Below, piece by piece: positions 20,385 to 28,488 of a DNA stretch of 46,312 nt. How positions within the stretch are numbered: position 1 is the first letter of the stretch; every line of letters begins with the position of its first letter. Origin of the DNA: an uncultured Alphaproteobacteria bacterium (GTDB lineage Bacteria > Pseudomonadota > Alphaproteobacteria > Rs-D84). The notes beneath the pieces are model-generated. The model was not told the DNA's origin. It did no database searches and was given only the letters and a program-made list of their open reading frames with translations. The stretch is taken from assembly GCA_947168075.1 (NCBI GenBank), contig CAMVKK010000001.1, forward strand, positions 1 to 46,312, in the 5' to 3' direction. Made by a program: the position numbers and the translations under genes.

Positions 20385-20825
20385 TTATTTTGCTTCTTCT
20401 TTTTTCACATTGCGTTGCGCATACAGTTGCGCAAAGTCAACCGGCTGCATCGCAAACGGCGCCAATCCCGATTCGGATGTTACGCGCGTAATCAGGGCAC
20501 GCACCGCCGGGAACAACAAAGTCGGCACATCAATCAACAAAGTGCGCTTTTTGGCTTCTTCGTCTTTTTCTTCTTCCATTTGAACCAGACCCGAATATGT
20601 CGATTCAATCATAAACACTGTTTTGTCTGCGGCTTCCAACTTTGAATGAACCTTGGTAATCAAATCAACCATAAACAGGTTGTTTTCCGACCCCTTGATT
20701 TGAATATCAATATTGATTTCCAATTTCGCCTGGGTATTTTCCTGTTTAAAGAATAATTCCGGCACATTTGGGTTTTCAAACGAAAAGTCCTTTAAGAACT
20801 GAGAAATAATATTAAATTTTGCCAT
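20385..20825 (-). CDS. secB: protein-export chaperone SecB
   Basis: 146 aa with an N-terminus FNIISQFLKDFSFENPN typical of SecB. Confidence 0.93.
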   Translation of the reverse strand: MAKFNIISQFLKDFSFENPNVPELFFKQENTQAKLEINIDIQIKGSENNLFMVDLITKVHSKLEAADKTVFMIESTYSGLVQMEEEKDEEAKKRTLLIDVPTLLFPAVRALITRVTSESGLAPFAMQPVDFAQLYAQRNVKKEEAK

Positions 20826-20915
20826 CGCGATTGCTCCTTTTTTTACGCGTCAATTTGTGGTAAAGTATATATAGCATCTATTTTTTGATTTTACAAGTGG
20901 GGGGGGACGAAAAAA

Positions 20916-22010
20916 ATGGGAAAAATACTTAATCGACTGTTGTGTATCGCGCTTTGCGGGTTCGTGTTAACATCGTGCGACCTGTCGACACCGACACATA
21001 CGGGTGACGATTCGGTGGCGCCAAGCGGTAACCTTAAAAAAGTGTCTTATTCCGAACTGCCGGGGTGGCGCGATGACGATGTGCGTTATGCCCTTCAGGC
21101 GTTCCGTAATTCATGCAAGGCAAAGATTCAGTACAAGGGGCGCGTAATTCCCGACCGCGCACTGTTCGAAGAAAAATGCCGCACTTTGCCGTCTGCATCC
21201 GCCGACACACAGACGGTGCGTGCATGGTTCGAATCAAATTTCCAACCATATAAAATATATAATGATGATGGCACCGATACGGGCACATATACCGGATACT
21301 ATTCCCCAATTATTCGCGGGTCGCGCGTCCGCACCGCGGAATATAACGAACCATTAATGGGTGTTCCGACCGATGGCCGCACATACAAGGGCGTTGAAAA
21401 AAAGAAAATCGTTGAACAAAAAATCGGTCGCGTCCTGTATTGGGCAAACATTGTCGATGTCCAAAATATACAAATCCAAGGTTCCGGTATGTTGCAACTT
21501 GACGATGGCACAATGGTAAAATTGAACTTTGCCGCCGTGAACGATATGCCGTTCAAATCCATTGGCGAAGAATTGCGCCGCCGTGGTATCCGTCCCGATG
21601 GTGGCTATTCCGCCGATGCTGTTTGGAAACACCTAAAGGCAAACCCGAAACTGGCGCGCGATGTGATTTATAAAAATCCACGTTATGTTTATTTCTATGA
21701 ATCTGTTCCACCGGATGTAATTGGCAAACTGGGGACACCACTTTCTAAAATCCGTTCGGTTGCCATGGATGACAGTATTTATACACTTGGGTTGCCTGTA
21801 TATATAAGTACGAACCTGTCCGATGGACGCAAATTCCAACGATTAATGATTGCCCAGGATACCGGCTCCGCCATTCGCGGCTGGATTCGCGCAGACATTT
21901 TCTTTGGCAAGGGGGACGAGGCATATAAATACGCCCACGGTCAACATGCCCAGGGGCAAATGTTTATTTTAATGCCAATGGAATACAAATATGTCAAACC
22001 AGGCAAGTAA
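20916..22010 (+). CDS. mltA: murein transglycosylase A (lipoprotein)
   Basis: Lipobox VLTSC, MltA-specific insert and a 3D domain (IAQDTGSAIRG..RADIFFG.G). Confidence 0.9.
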   Translation: MGKILNRLLCIALCGFVLTSCDLSTPTHTGDDSVAPSGNLKKVSYSELPGWRDDDVRYALQAFRNSCKAKIQYKGRVIPDRALFEEKCRTLPSASADTQTVRAWFESNFQPYKIYNDDGTDTGTYTGYYSPIIRGSRVRTAEYNEPLMGVPTDGRTYKGVEKKKIVEQKIGRVLYWANIVDVQNIQIQGSGMLQLDDGTMVKLNFAAVNDMPFKSIGEELRRRGIRPDGGYSADAVWKHLKANPKLARDVIYKNPRYVYFYESVPPDVIGKLGTPLSKIRSVAMDDSIYTLGLPVYISTNLSDGRKFQRLMIAQDTGSAIRGWIRADIFFGKGDEAYKYAHGQHAQGQMFILMPMEYKYVKPGK

Positions 22011-22329
22011 TAAAAAGAAAATGGAAATTCGCACCGCGCGCCCACATACACTTGCGGGCGCGATGGGCGGGCTTTTTCGCATATTCGGTGTTCGCGCATC
22101 GGATGCAGACCTGGCGGCGCGTTGGGCGGAAATCATGGGACCGGACATTGGGGGGATATCGACACTGGCGGCAATCAAAAAAACACCAAACGGAAAGTTT
22201 AATATTGCGGTGCGTCCAGCAAACCCGGCATTTGCATTACAGTTATCATATATGGCGCCCGAAATCACAAAACGGGTGAATAAATATTTTGGCTTTGACG
22301 CGGTAAACAAGGTGACATTCCGAAAATGA
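21991..22329 (+). CDS. DUF721 domain protein (DciA-family candidate)
   Basis: ARWAEIMGPDIGGISTLAAIKKTPNGKFNIAVRPANPAFALQLSYMAPEITKRVNKYFG fits the DUF721 pattern. The start is uncertain (21991 or the ATG at 22021). Confidence 0.7.
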   Translation: MSNQASNKKKMEIRTARPHTLAGAMGGLFRIFGVRASDADLAARWAEIMGPDIGGISTLAAIKKTPNGKFNIAVRPANPAFALQLSYMAPEITKRVNKYFGFDAVNKVTFRK

Positions 22330-22814
22330 CACGCATATTGGGCATTGACCCGGGACTTTTACACACTGGTTGGGCGGTGATTGATACCGCGGGATCAAGT
22401 CGCAAATATGTTGCAAGTGGTGTAATCCTGCCCAAGACAAGCGGCACCCTGCCCGAACGATTGGCAATAATTTTTCGCGAAGTTTCAAAATTAATTGATA
22501 CTTTTTCGCCTGATGTATGCAGTATTGAAATTACTTTTGTAAATAAAAATCCGCGCACAACATTAATCTTGGGACATGCACGTGCGGCGGCAATTGTGGC
22601 GGTGTCCACACGCGACATTCCAATTTACGAATACGAACCGAACAAGATTAAAAAGGCACTAACCGGTGCGGGTCATGCGGACAAGGATGCGATTGATAAA
22701 ATGGTGAAAATATTACTGCCGGCTGCGAACCCAAAAACCGCAGACGAAGCAGACGCAATCGCCATCGCCCTCGCCCACGCTAACATGTCGGCGTTGGAAA
22801 GGTTTATAAAATAA
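22326..22814 (+). CDS. ruvC: crossover junction endodeoxyribonuclease RuvC
   Basis: MTRILGIDPGLLHTGWAVID with a C-terminal DEADAIAIA motif. Confidence 0.95.
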   Translation: MTRILGIDPGLLHTGWAVIDTAGSSRKYVASGVILPKTSGTLPERLAIIFREVSKLIDTFSPDVCSIEITFVNKNPRTTLILGHARAAAIVAVSTRDIPIYEYEPNKIKKALTGAGHADKDAIDKMVKILLPAANPKTADEADAIAIALAHANMSALERFIK

Positions 22815-22835
22815 AACCGCCAATGGCGGTTTTTA
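22813..22835. terminator. bidirectional intrinsic terminator (ruvC / yebC)
   Basis: AAAACCGCC-aat-GGCGGTTTTT. Confidence 0.75.
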
Positions 22836-22852
22836 TGTATATAGCGCAAAAA

Positions 22853-23569
22853 TTAATTCGCGGCGGTGAAAACTTTCTGGACATCATCGTTGTCGTTTAA
22901 CGCGTCCACCAACTTTTCAACCTTGGCATACGCCTCGTCATCCAAATCCATTGGCATATTCGGAATCCATGTCAATTCGGCGTTTTCTGGTTCACCCAAC
23001 TTGTCCGCCAATGCCTTTTGCACCGTCATAAAGTCATCTGGTTTTGTTGTGATAATGAAACCCTCTTCCGAACTTTCCAGATTATCCGCACCAGCATCCA
23101 TAACAATTTCCATCATTTCGTCTTCGGTTTTGCCAACACTTGCCGGATACATAATCTGGCCCGCACGGGTAAACATAAATACAACGGAACCCTCTTCGCC
23201 CATGTTGCCACCGTTCTTGGCAAAGATATTGCGAACTTCGGGTACTGTGCGACGTGGGTTGTCGGTCAAAGCCTCTACAATCACAGGAACGGCGCCCGGA
23301 CCATAGCCTTCGTAACGCACGGCAACATAGTTTTCGGTGTTACCGCCGGACGCTTTATCAATTGCGCGTTTAATATTATCGTTCGGCATAGAGTTTTTGC
23401 GTGCCTGTAAAATAGCCAGGCGCAAACGCGGATTATTATCCGGATTTGGATCGCCCAACTTTGCCGACATTGTTATTTCACGCGCCAATTTGGTAAATAA
23501 ACCGCTGCGCGCCGCATCAACCAGCCCCTTTTTGTGCTGAATGTTATGCCATTTGCTGTGCCCACTCAT
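22853..23569 (-). CDS. yebC: YebC/PmpR-family DNA-binding transcriptional regulator
   Basis: MSGHSKWHNIQHKKG N-terminus, 238 aa. Confidence 0.95.
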   Translation of the reverse strand: MSGHSKWHNIQHKKGLVDAARSGLFTKLAREITMSAKLGDPNPDNNPRLRLAILQARKNSMPNDNIKRAIDKASGGNTENYVAVRYEGYGPGAVPVIVEALTDNPRRTVPEVRNIFAKNGGNMGEEGSVVFMFTRAGQIMYPASVGKTEDEMMEIVMDAGADNLESSEEGFIITTKPDDFMTVQKALADKLGEPENAELTWIPNMPMDLDDEAYAKVEKLVDALNDNDDVQKVFTAAN

Positions 23570-23619
23570 ATTTGACCTTTTGATTATTTTAGATTAAAAT
23601 TACAGCAAAAGGATAACAA

Positions 23620-24198
23620 ATGATTGGAAAATTGCAAGGTATTGTTGATTATGTCGGCGATGGTTTTGTAATCTTGATGGCGGGTCCGGTGGGATACAAG
23701 GTTTATACCCCGGAATACCTGACCCCAAAGTCCACCGTAACATTGTGGATTGAAACAATTGTACGCGAAGATTCCATCCGGCTTTTTGGGTTCTCTACCA
23801 TTGCATCCCAGAATCTGTTTAATCAATTAACCACCGTTTCCGGTGTCGGGCCAAAGGTTGCGCTGGCGATAATGGGCACAATAAAGACCGATACATTGAT
23901 GTCCGCAATTGCAACGGGGGATGCTAAAACAATCGCAACCGCCCCGGGCGTTGGGAAAAAGGTCGCAGAAAAAATCATTGTTGAATTGAAATCTAAAATC
24001 GGTGGTGGCTCGTTTGATATGGCGGGCGATGGCGGCGCGGCGGGCGCCCTGCCCGATTTATTGGCGGCACTGGAATCATTGGGGTATCGCCGGCTGGATA
24101 TCGTGGACATGGCACAGAAATTGGTCGCCGACAACCCCGCGCTTGGCGTTGCACAACTTGTCCCAATCGCATTGAAACAAATAAGTGGAAATAAATAG
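23620..24198 (+). CDS. ruvA: Holliday junction branch migration complex subunit RuvA
   Basis: MIGKLQGIV..., HhH motifs (VSGVGPKVALAI, APGVGKKVAEKI), 192 aa. Confidence 0.93.
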   Translation: MIGKLQGIVDYVGDGFVILMAGPVGYKVYTPEYLTPKSTVTLWIETIVREDSIRLFGFSTIASQNLFNQLTTVSGVGPKVALAIMGTIKTDTLMSAIATGDAKTIATAPGVGKKVAEKIIVELKSKIGGGSFDMAGDGGAAGALPDLLAALESLGYRRLDIVDMAQKLVADNPALGVAQLVPIALKQISGNK

Positions 24199-24199
24199 T

Positions 24200-25501
24200 A
24201 TGAATAACGACACTATCTTTGCTTTATCAAGTGGTCATGGAAAATCGGGGGTTGCGGTTATTCGCGTGTCTGGCAATAACCTGTCTGATTTTGCGGAACG
24301 CATTATTGGGCATTTCGGGGTTGCCCCGCGGCATGCGTATTTTGTGAACCTGCGCGATAATGCGGGCGAAATGATCGACCAGTGTATTATTACATACTTT
24401 ACCGCGCCCCACTCTTTCACCGGCGAAGATGTTATCGAAATTGCATCGCATGGCGCACCGGCGGTTATTGAAAAAATATTCGACTTTTTATCATCAAACA
24501 ATATGCGCATGGCGACACCGGGCGAGTTTTCCCGTCGCGCATTTTATAACAACAAAATGGACCTTACCGATGTTGATGGTTTGGCGGCATTGCTGGATGC
24601 CGAAACCGATGTTCAGCGTAAATCGGCATTATCATCTATGATGGGGCGCGACAGTAAAATATATGACGCGTGGCGCACAGATATGATTGAAATCGCGGCG
24701 TATGCGGCGGCGATTCTTGACTATGATGCGGACGATTTACCGAAAAACATTAGTACAACAATCAAAACAAAAATTAAAAAATTATATGGTGAAATAGATA
24801 AGTCTCTTTCGCGCTATACGGCGGCGCGCGCCATTCGCGGCGGTTTTAATATTGCACTGGTCGGCGAACCCAATGTTGGTAAATCATCATTGTTTAATGC
24901 AATACTGGGATCGAACCGTGCAATCGTGTCCGACATTCCCGGCACCACGCGTGATGTCGTGTCCACAACACTTGATATTGATGGTTATCTTGTAAACCTG
25001 TCTGATACGGCGGGATTGCGAAAAAACACAAGAAACAAAATTGAAAAAATCGGAATTGAAAGAACGGAAAATGAAATCAGAAATGCAGACTTGGTAATTC
25101 GTGTATATGCCGAAAAAGCCGGCATACACAAAATTGCTGACAATGAAATTATTGTTATAAATAAATCAGATTTATTAAAATCAAAACGCGCAAAAAATGC
25201 GATTTATGTTTCTGCAAAAACGAGCGATGGATTAAACGACCTGTTAAAAGTTATTCGTAAACGACTGCACAAATTAACAGATGGTTTGGAAAACGCACTT
25301 GTTATAAACGCGCGCACAAAATCATTGTTGGAATCTGCGCGTGATGAATTGAAAAGTGCATCCGCGATACGCGGCGAAAACTATGATTTAATTTCTGAAC
25401 ATGTGCGCGCCGCCGCGGACGCGATCGGAAAAATCCTTGGCACGATTACCGCCGCGGACGTCATGGACGCAACATTCTCACAACTGTGTTTGGGAAAATA
25501 A
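24200..25501 (+). CDS. mnmE: tRNA modification GTPase MnmE
   Basis: DTIFALSSG... N-terminus, G domain GEPNVGKSSL and C-terminal CLGK. Start trimmed to the ATG at 24200, just after the ruvA stop. Confidence 0.95.
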   Translation: MNNDTIFALSSGHGKSGVAVIRVSGNNLSDFAERIIGHFGVAPRHAYFVNLRDNAGEMIDQCIITYFTAPHSFTGEDVIEIASHGAPAVIEKIFDFLSSNNMRMATPGEFSRRAFYNNKMDLTDVDGLAALLDAETDVQRKSALSSMMGRDSKIYDAWRTDMIEIAAYAAAILDYDADDLPKNISTTIKTKIKKLYGEIDKSLSRYTAARAIRGGFNIALVGEPNVGKSSLFNAILGSNRAIVSDIPGTTRDVVSTTLDIDGYLVNLSDTAGLRKNTRNKIEKIGIERTENEIRNADLVIRVYAEKAGIHKIADNEIIVINKSDLLKSKRAKNAIYVSAKTSDGLNDLLKVIRKRLHKLTDGLENALVINARTKSLLESARDELKSASAIRGENYDLISEHVRAAADAIGKILGTITAADVMDATFSQLCLGK

Positions 25502-25527
25502 AACACCGGCATTTGCCGGTGTTTTTT
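25499..25527. terminator. bidirectional intrinsic terminator (mnmE / LpoA-like gene)
   Basis: ACACCGGC-attt-GCCGGTGT followed by TTTTTT. Confidence 0.75.
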
Positions 25528-25529
25528 AA

Positions 25530-27104
25530 TTATTCTTCCACTTCTATACTATCAATATATGTTTGTTTTACTGGCGCAAGTTTTACTGGTTTATAATCTT
25601 CGGCAACGATTGGGTCGCGATCATCTTCGGGCAAAATCGTGACAACGTCAACCAATTGCGCATTAGATTGCGCCACCATATTTGCGCCGTATGTTTTTGA
25701 TCTGTATTTCCCGCGCAGCCGTTCTGGTATCGTGATATAATTCATTGGATTCACACCGCGCGTCTGTAACGACAATTCGTCCAGCGGGGAAATATGCCGC
25801 TGTTCAATATTATAAAGTGGTGTCATAAAATCGGTGGCTGCTTCTTTGACAACTTTGATTTCGCCATCGCCTGACAATTGCATAATGCGTAATGCGCGTT
25901 CACTTTCACCCGTTGGACGCAGACGAACAATACCATCTGTTCCGGCGTATCCCGACGGGTCCAGTAAATATGCCGCGTTTGATTTATCAGAATACATCAT
26001 ACCGATTGCCATATTTATCGCATCATATCCGAATGATGCCAAACGATTTGGTTTTGCCCCCGCAACGCGTTCATATTTATTAACAAATGCTTCGCCGATT
26101 TCCGGTAACGCAGCATATTTCGCCCCCGACAGTGTTAAATCAGATGCAATGTCCGCACCGTCCCACATCGCCGTTCCATACATTTTTACATCGCGCGCCC
26201 CCACCCCGAAATAGCGCAAGAACGATGCCAACGATTTTGTATCTTCGCCAGTTCCCAGGAACAATACCGCGTCATACGGCAAATCGCCAATTACATCGTG
26301 TTTAGACAACTTATCCAACTGACGAATTATGGATGACCGTTCAATAGATGTTAAACTTTCGTTGGTCAACACATCGGACAAGATTTCGCGCGCCCGTGTG
26401 TGTGCCGCAGTGCGTGCAACATTCATTGCCGCCAATTGTGTTGCACCCTTGATTGAATCTGTATCCTTTTCGGTATAGAAAAACGCGCCAACCAGTGGGA
26501 TATTATAAACATCCGCCGCCGCATGCGCCGCCCCCGCAAGCAAATGTCCCGATTCTGTATCCGGCGCAAGGACTATAAATTTACGAACCCGATCAGATTG
26601 CATTTCTTTTATAATAGCCTCGACACTGTTTGTTGGCATCAAAGCCATTGTCATAACGCCATTACCAACCGCGGTCGCATCCGAAGTAAATGACAGCACC
26701 GGCAACCCCGAAGATTTTAATTCACGCACCATCCGCGCATCATTTGCAAATAATGGTCCAACAATAATATCAGGATCTGAATTCAATGCTTCATTAACCG
26801 CGTCCACCCCGCGCGCAGAATCAAAGAACGATACATTTAAATTTTCCGCCCCCGATTCCAACACGGACATTTCGACAGACGAACGAATCGCCCGCCCTGT
26901 CGCCGCCGCATCACCAGTTGTCGGCAGTAAAACCGCCATATGATGGGACGATGAATCTGTATACGTTCCATACATAGCAGCCGGTGCAGTTGTTGCATCA
27001 TTTTGTTCAACCGACCAACGACCCGTACCACCACCACAAGCAGCCAACAAACCGCAAAGCGCCAGACATCCGAAAATATTTTTTATATGCATTGAAAAAT
27101 CCAT
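25530..27104 (-). CDS. penicillin-binding protein activator-like lipoprotein (LppC/LpoA family, type-1 periplasmic binding fold)
   Basis: Lipobox LLAAC. Divergent from rsmI, as lpoA (yraM) is from rsmI (yraL) in E. coli. Periplasmic-binding-protein-like body. Confidence 0.7.
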   Translation of the reverse strand: MDFSMHIKNIFGCLALCGLLAACGGGTGRWSVEQNDATTAPAAMYGTYTDSSSHHMAVLLPTTGDAAATGRAIRSSVEMSVLESGAENLNVSFFDSARGVDAVNEALNSDPDIIVGPLFANDARMVRELKSSGLPVLSFTSDATAVGNGVMTMALMPTNSVEAIIKEMQSDRVRKFIVLAPDTESGHLLAGAAHAAADVYNIPLVGAFFYTEKDTDSIKGATQLAAMNVARTAAHTRAREILSDVLTNESLTSIERSSIIRQLDKLSKHDVIGDLPYDAVLFLGTGEDTKSLASFLRYFGVGARDVKMYGTAMWDGADIASDLTLSGAKYAALPEIGEAFVNKYERVAGAKPNRLASFGYDAINMAIGMMYSDKSNAAYLLDPSGYAGTDGIVRLRPTGESERALRIMQLSGDGEIKVVKEAATDFMTPLYNIEQRHISPLDELSLQTRGVNPMNYITIPERLRGKYRSKTYGANMVAQSNAQLVDVVTILPEDDRDPIVAEDYKPVKLAPVKQTYIDSIEVEE

Positions 27105-27140
27105 TTATTTCTGTATTATTTTACTATAAAGGATATAAAA

Positions 27141-27941
27141 ATGCAATCAGGGCTTTATATTGTTGGAACACCTATTGGAAATCTGGGCGACATGTCGCCA
27201 CGCGCCATCGAGGTTCTGCGTAATGTTGATTTAATTGCCGCCGAAGACACACGCGTATTCGGTAAATTGGCATCGCATTTTGATATCAAGACAAAGCGCA
27301 TATCGCACCACGACCATAACGAACGCGACATTGTGCCAAGTTTGGTTGAAAAATTGTTGGCGGGCGCATCAATCGCGGTGGTATCGGACGCCGGCATGCC
27401 GGGAATCAGCGATCCCGGTTTTCGCCTGGTGCGTGCGGCACGCGCGGAAAAAATTCCGGTATTTGTTGTACCTGGTCCAACCGCGGTTATATCTGCATTG
27501 GTGTTATCCGGTTTTCCAACCGACAGATTCACGTTTTGCGGTTTTTATGACCCCAAGAAAGTTCGCGATGACAATCGCATACGCCACACAATTATTTATT
27601 ACGAAAGCCCAAATCGCATAATGGATACTATTGCGGACTTTGCACGAGTAATGCCCGAACGGCAAATCGCAATTGTTCGTGAAATTACAAAATTACACGA
27701 GGAAGCAATAATTGGCTATCCGGCGGATTTAATGCACATAGAGCCGCCACGGGGTGAAATCGTAATTGTTGTATCCCCCGCCCCCGAACATAAAATGTCG
27801 GATGCTGAAATTACAGAAATAGTAAATGACATTGCGTCCAGTTCCACTAAATCAGCGGCGGCGAGTTTGGCAGCACGCACCGGCATATCAAAAAAAGAAG
27901 CATACAAGCGCATGATAAATCACGGGGGCGACAATGATTAA
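27141..27941 (+). CDS. rsmI: 16S rRNA (cytidine1402-2'-O)-methyltransferase
   Basis: LYIVGTPIGNLGDMSPRAIEVLRNVDLIAAEDTR and SDAGMPGISDPG. Confidence 0.93.
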   Translation: MQSGLYIVGTPIGNLGDMSPRAIEVLRNVDLIAAEDTRVFGKLASHFDIKTKRISHHDHNERDIVPSLVEKLLAGASIAVVSDAGMPGISDPGFRLVRAARAEKIPVFVVPGPTAVISALVLSGFPTDRFTFCGFYDPKKVRDDNRIRHTIIYYESPNRIMDTIADFARVMPERQIAIVREITKLHEEAIIGYPADLMHIEPPRGEIVIVVSPAPEHKMSDAEITEIVNDIASSSTKSAAASLAARTGISKKEAYKRMINHGGDND

Positions 27942-28488
27942 ATTTGTTGGTGGATTTGAAACCGTAAAATCTTTGCCGAAAACACAATTTACCGAATACG
28001 CCTTTGTCGGGCGCAGTAATGTTGGTAAATCGTCATTGATAAACGCGATTGTTGGTGAAAACATTGCGCGCACATCGAACACACCGGGACGCACACAAAC
28101 ACTAAACCTTTTTAATATCGATGACCGCGTTATGGTTGTCGATTTGCCTGGATACGGATATGCGCGCGTATCAAAGTCAGATGCAATTCGTTGGCTGGAA
28201 AGATTAGAAGAATATTTAATAACCCGCCGGCAACTAAAAAGATTATTTGTTTTGATTGATTCGCGCATTGGACCACGGAATTCAGACCTGGAATTGATGG
28301 AATTCTGTGATGAAAACGCAATCCAATATCAAATTGTTTATACCAAAATTGATAAACGCGTCCGCGAAAAAGACCAAATAAAAATAGAACACACCGACCA
28401 CGGTGCAATGGTATCTGATATAATCGAAACATCTGCTGAAAAGAAAACTGGCATTGAAAGTTTAAGGAAAATCATTGGTATCAAATAA
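27934..28488 (+). CDS. engB: ribosome biogenesis GTP-binding protein YihA/YsxC (EngB)
   Basis: FVGRSNVGKSSLINAI and DLPGYGYA. Confidence 0.93.
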   Translation: MIKFVGGFETVKSLPKTQFTEYAFVGRSNVGKSSLINAIVGENIARTSNTPGRTQTLNLFNIDDRVMVVDLPGYGYARVSKSDAIRWLERLEEYLITRRQLKRLFVLIDSRIGPRNSDLELMEFCDENAIQYQIVYTKIDKRVREKDQIKIEHTDHGAMVSDIIETSAEKKTGIESLRKIIGIK

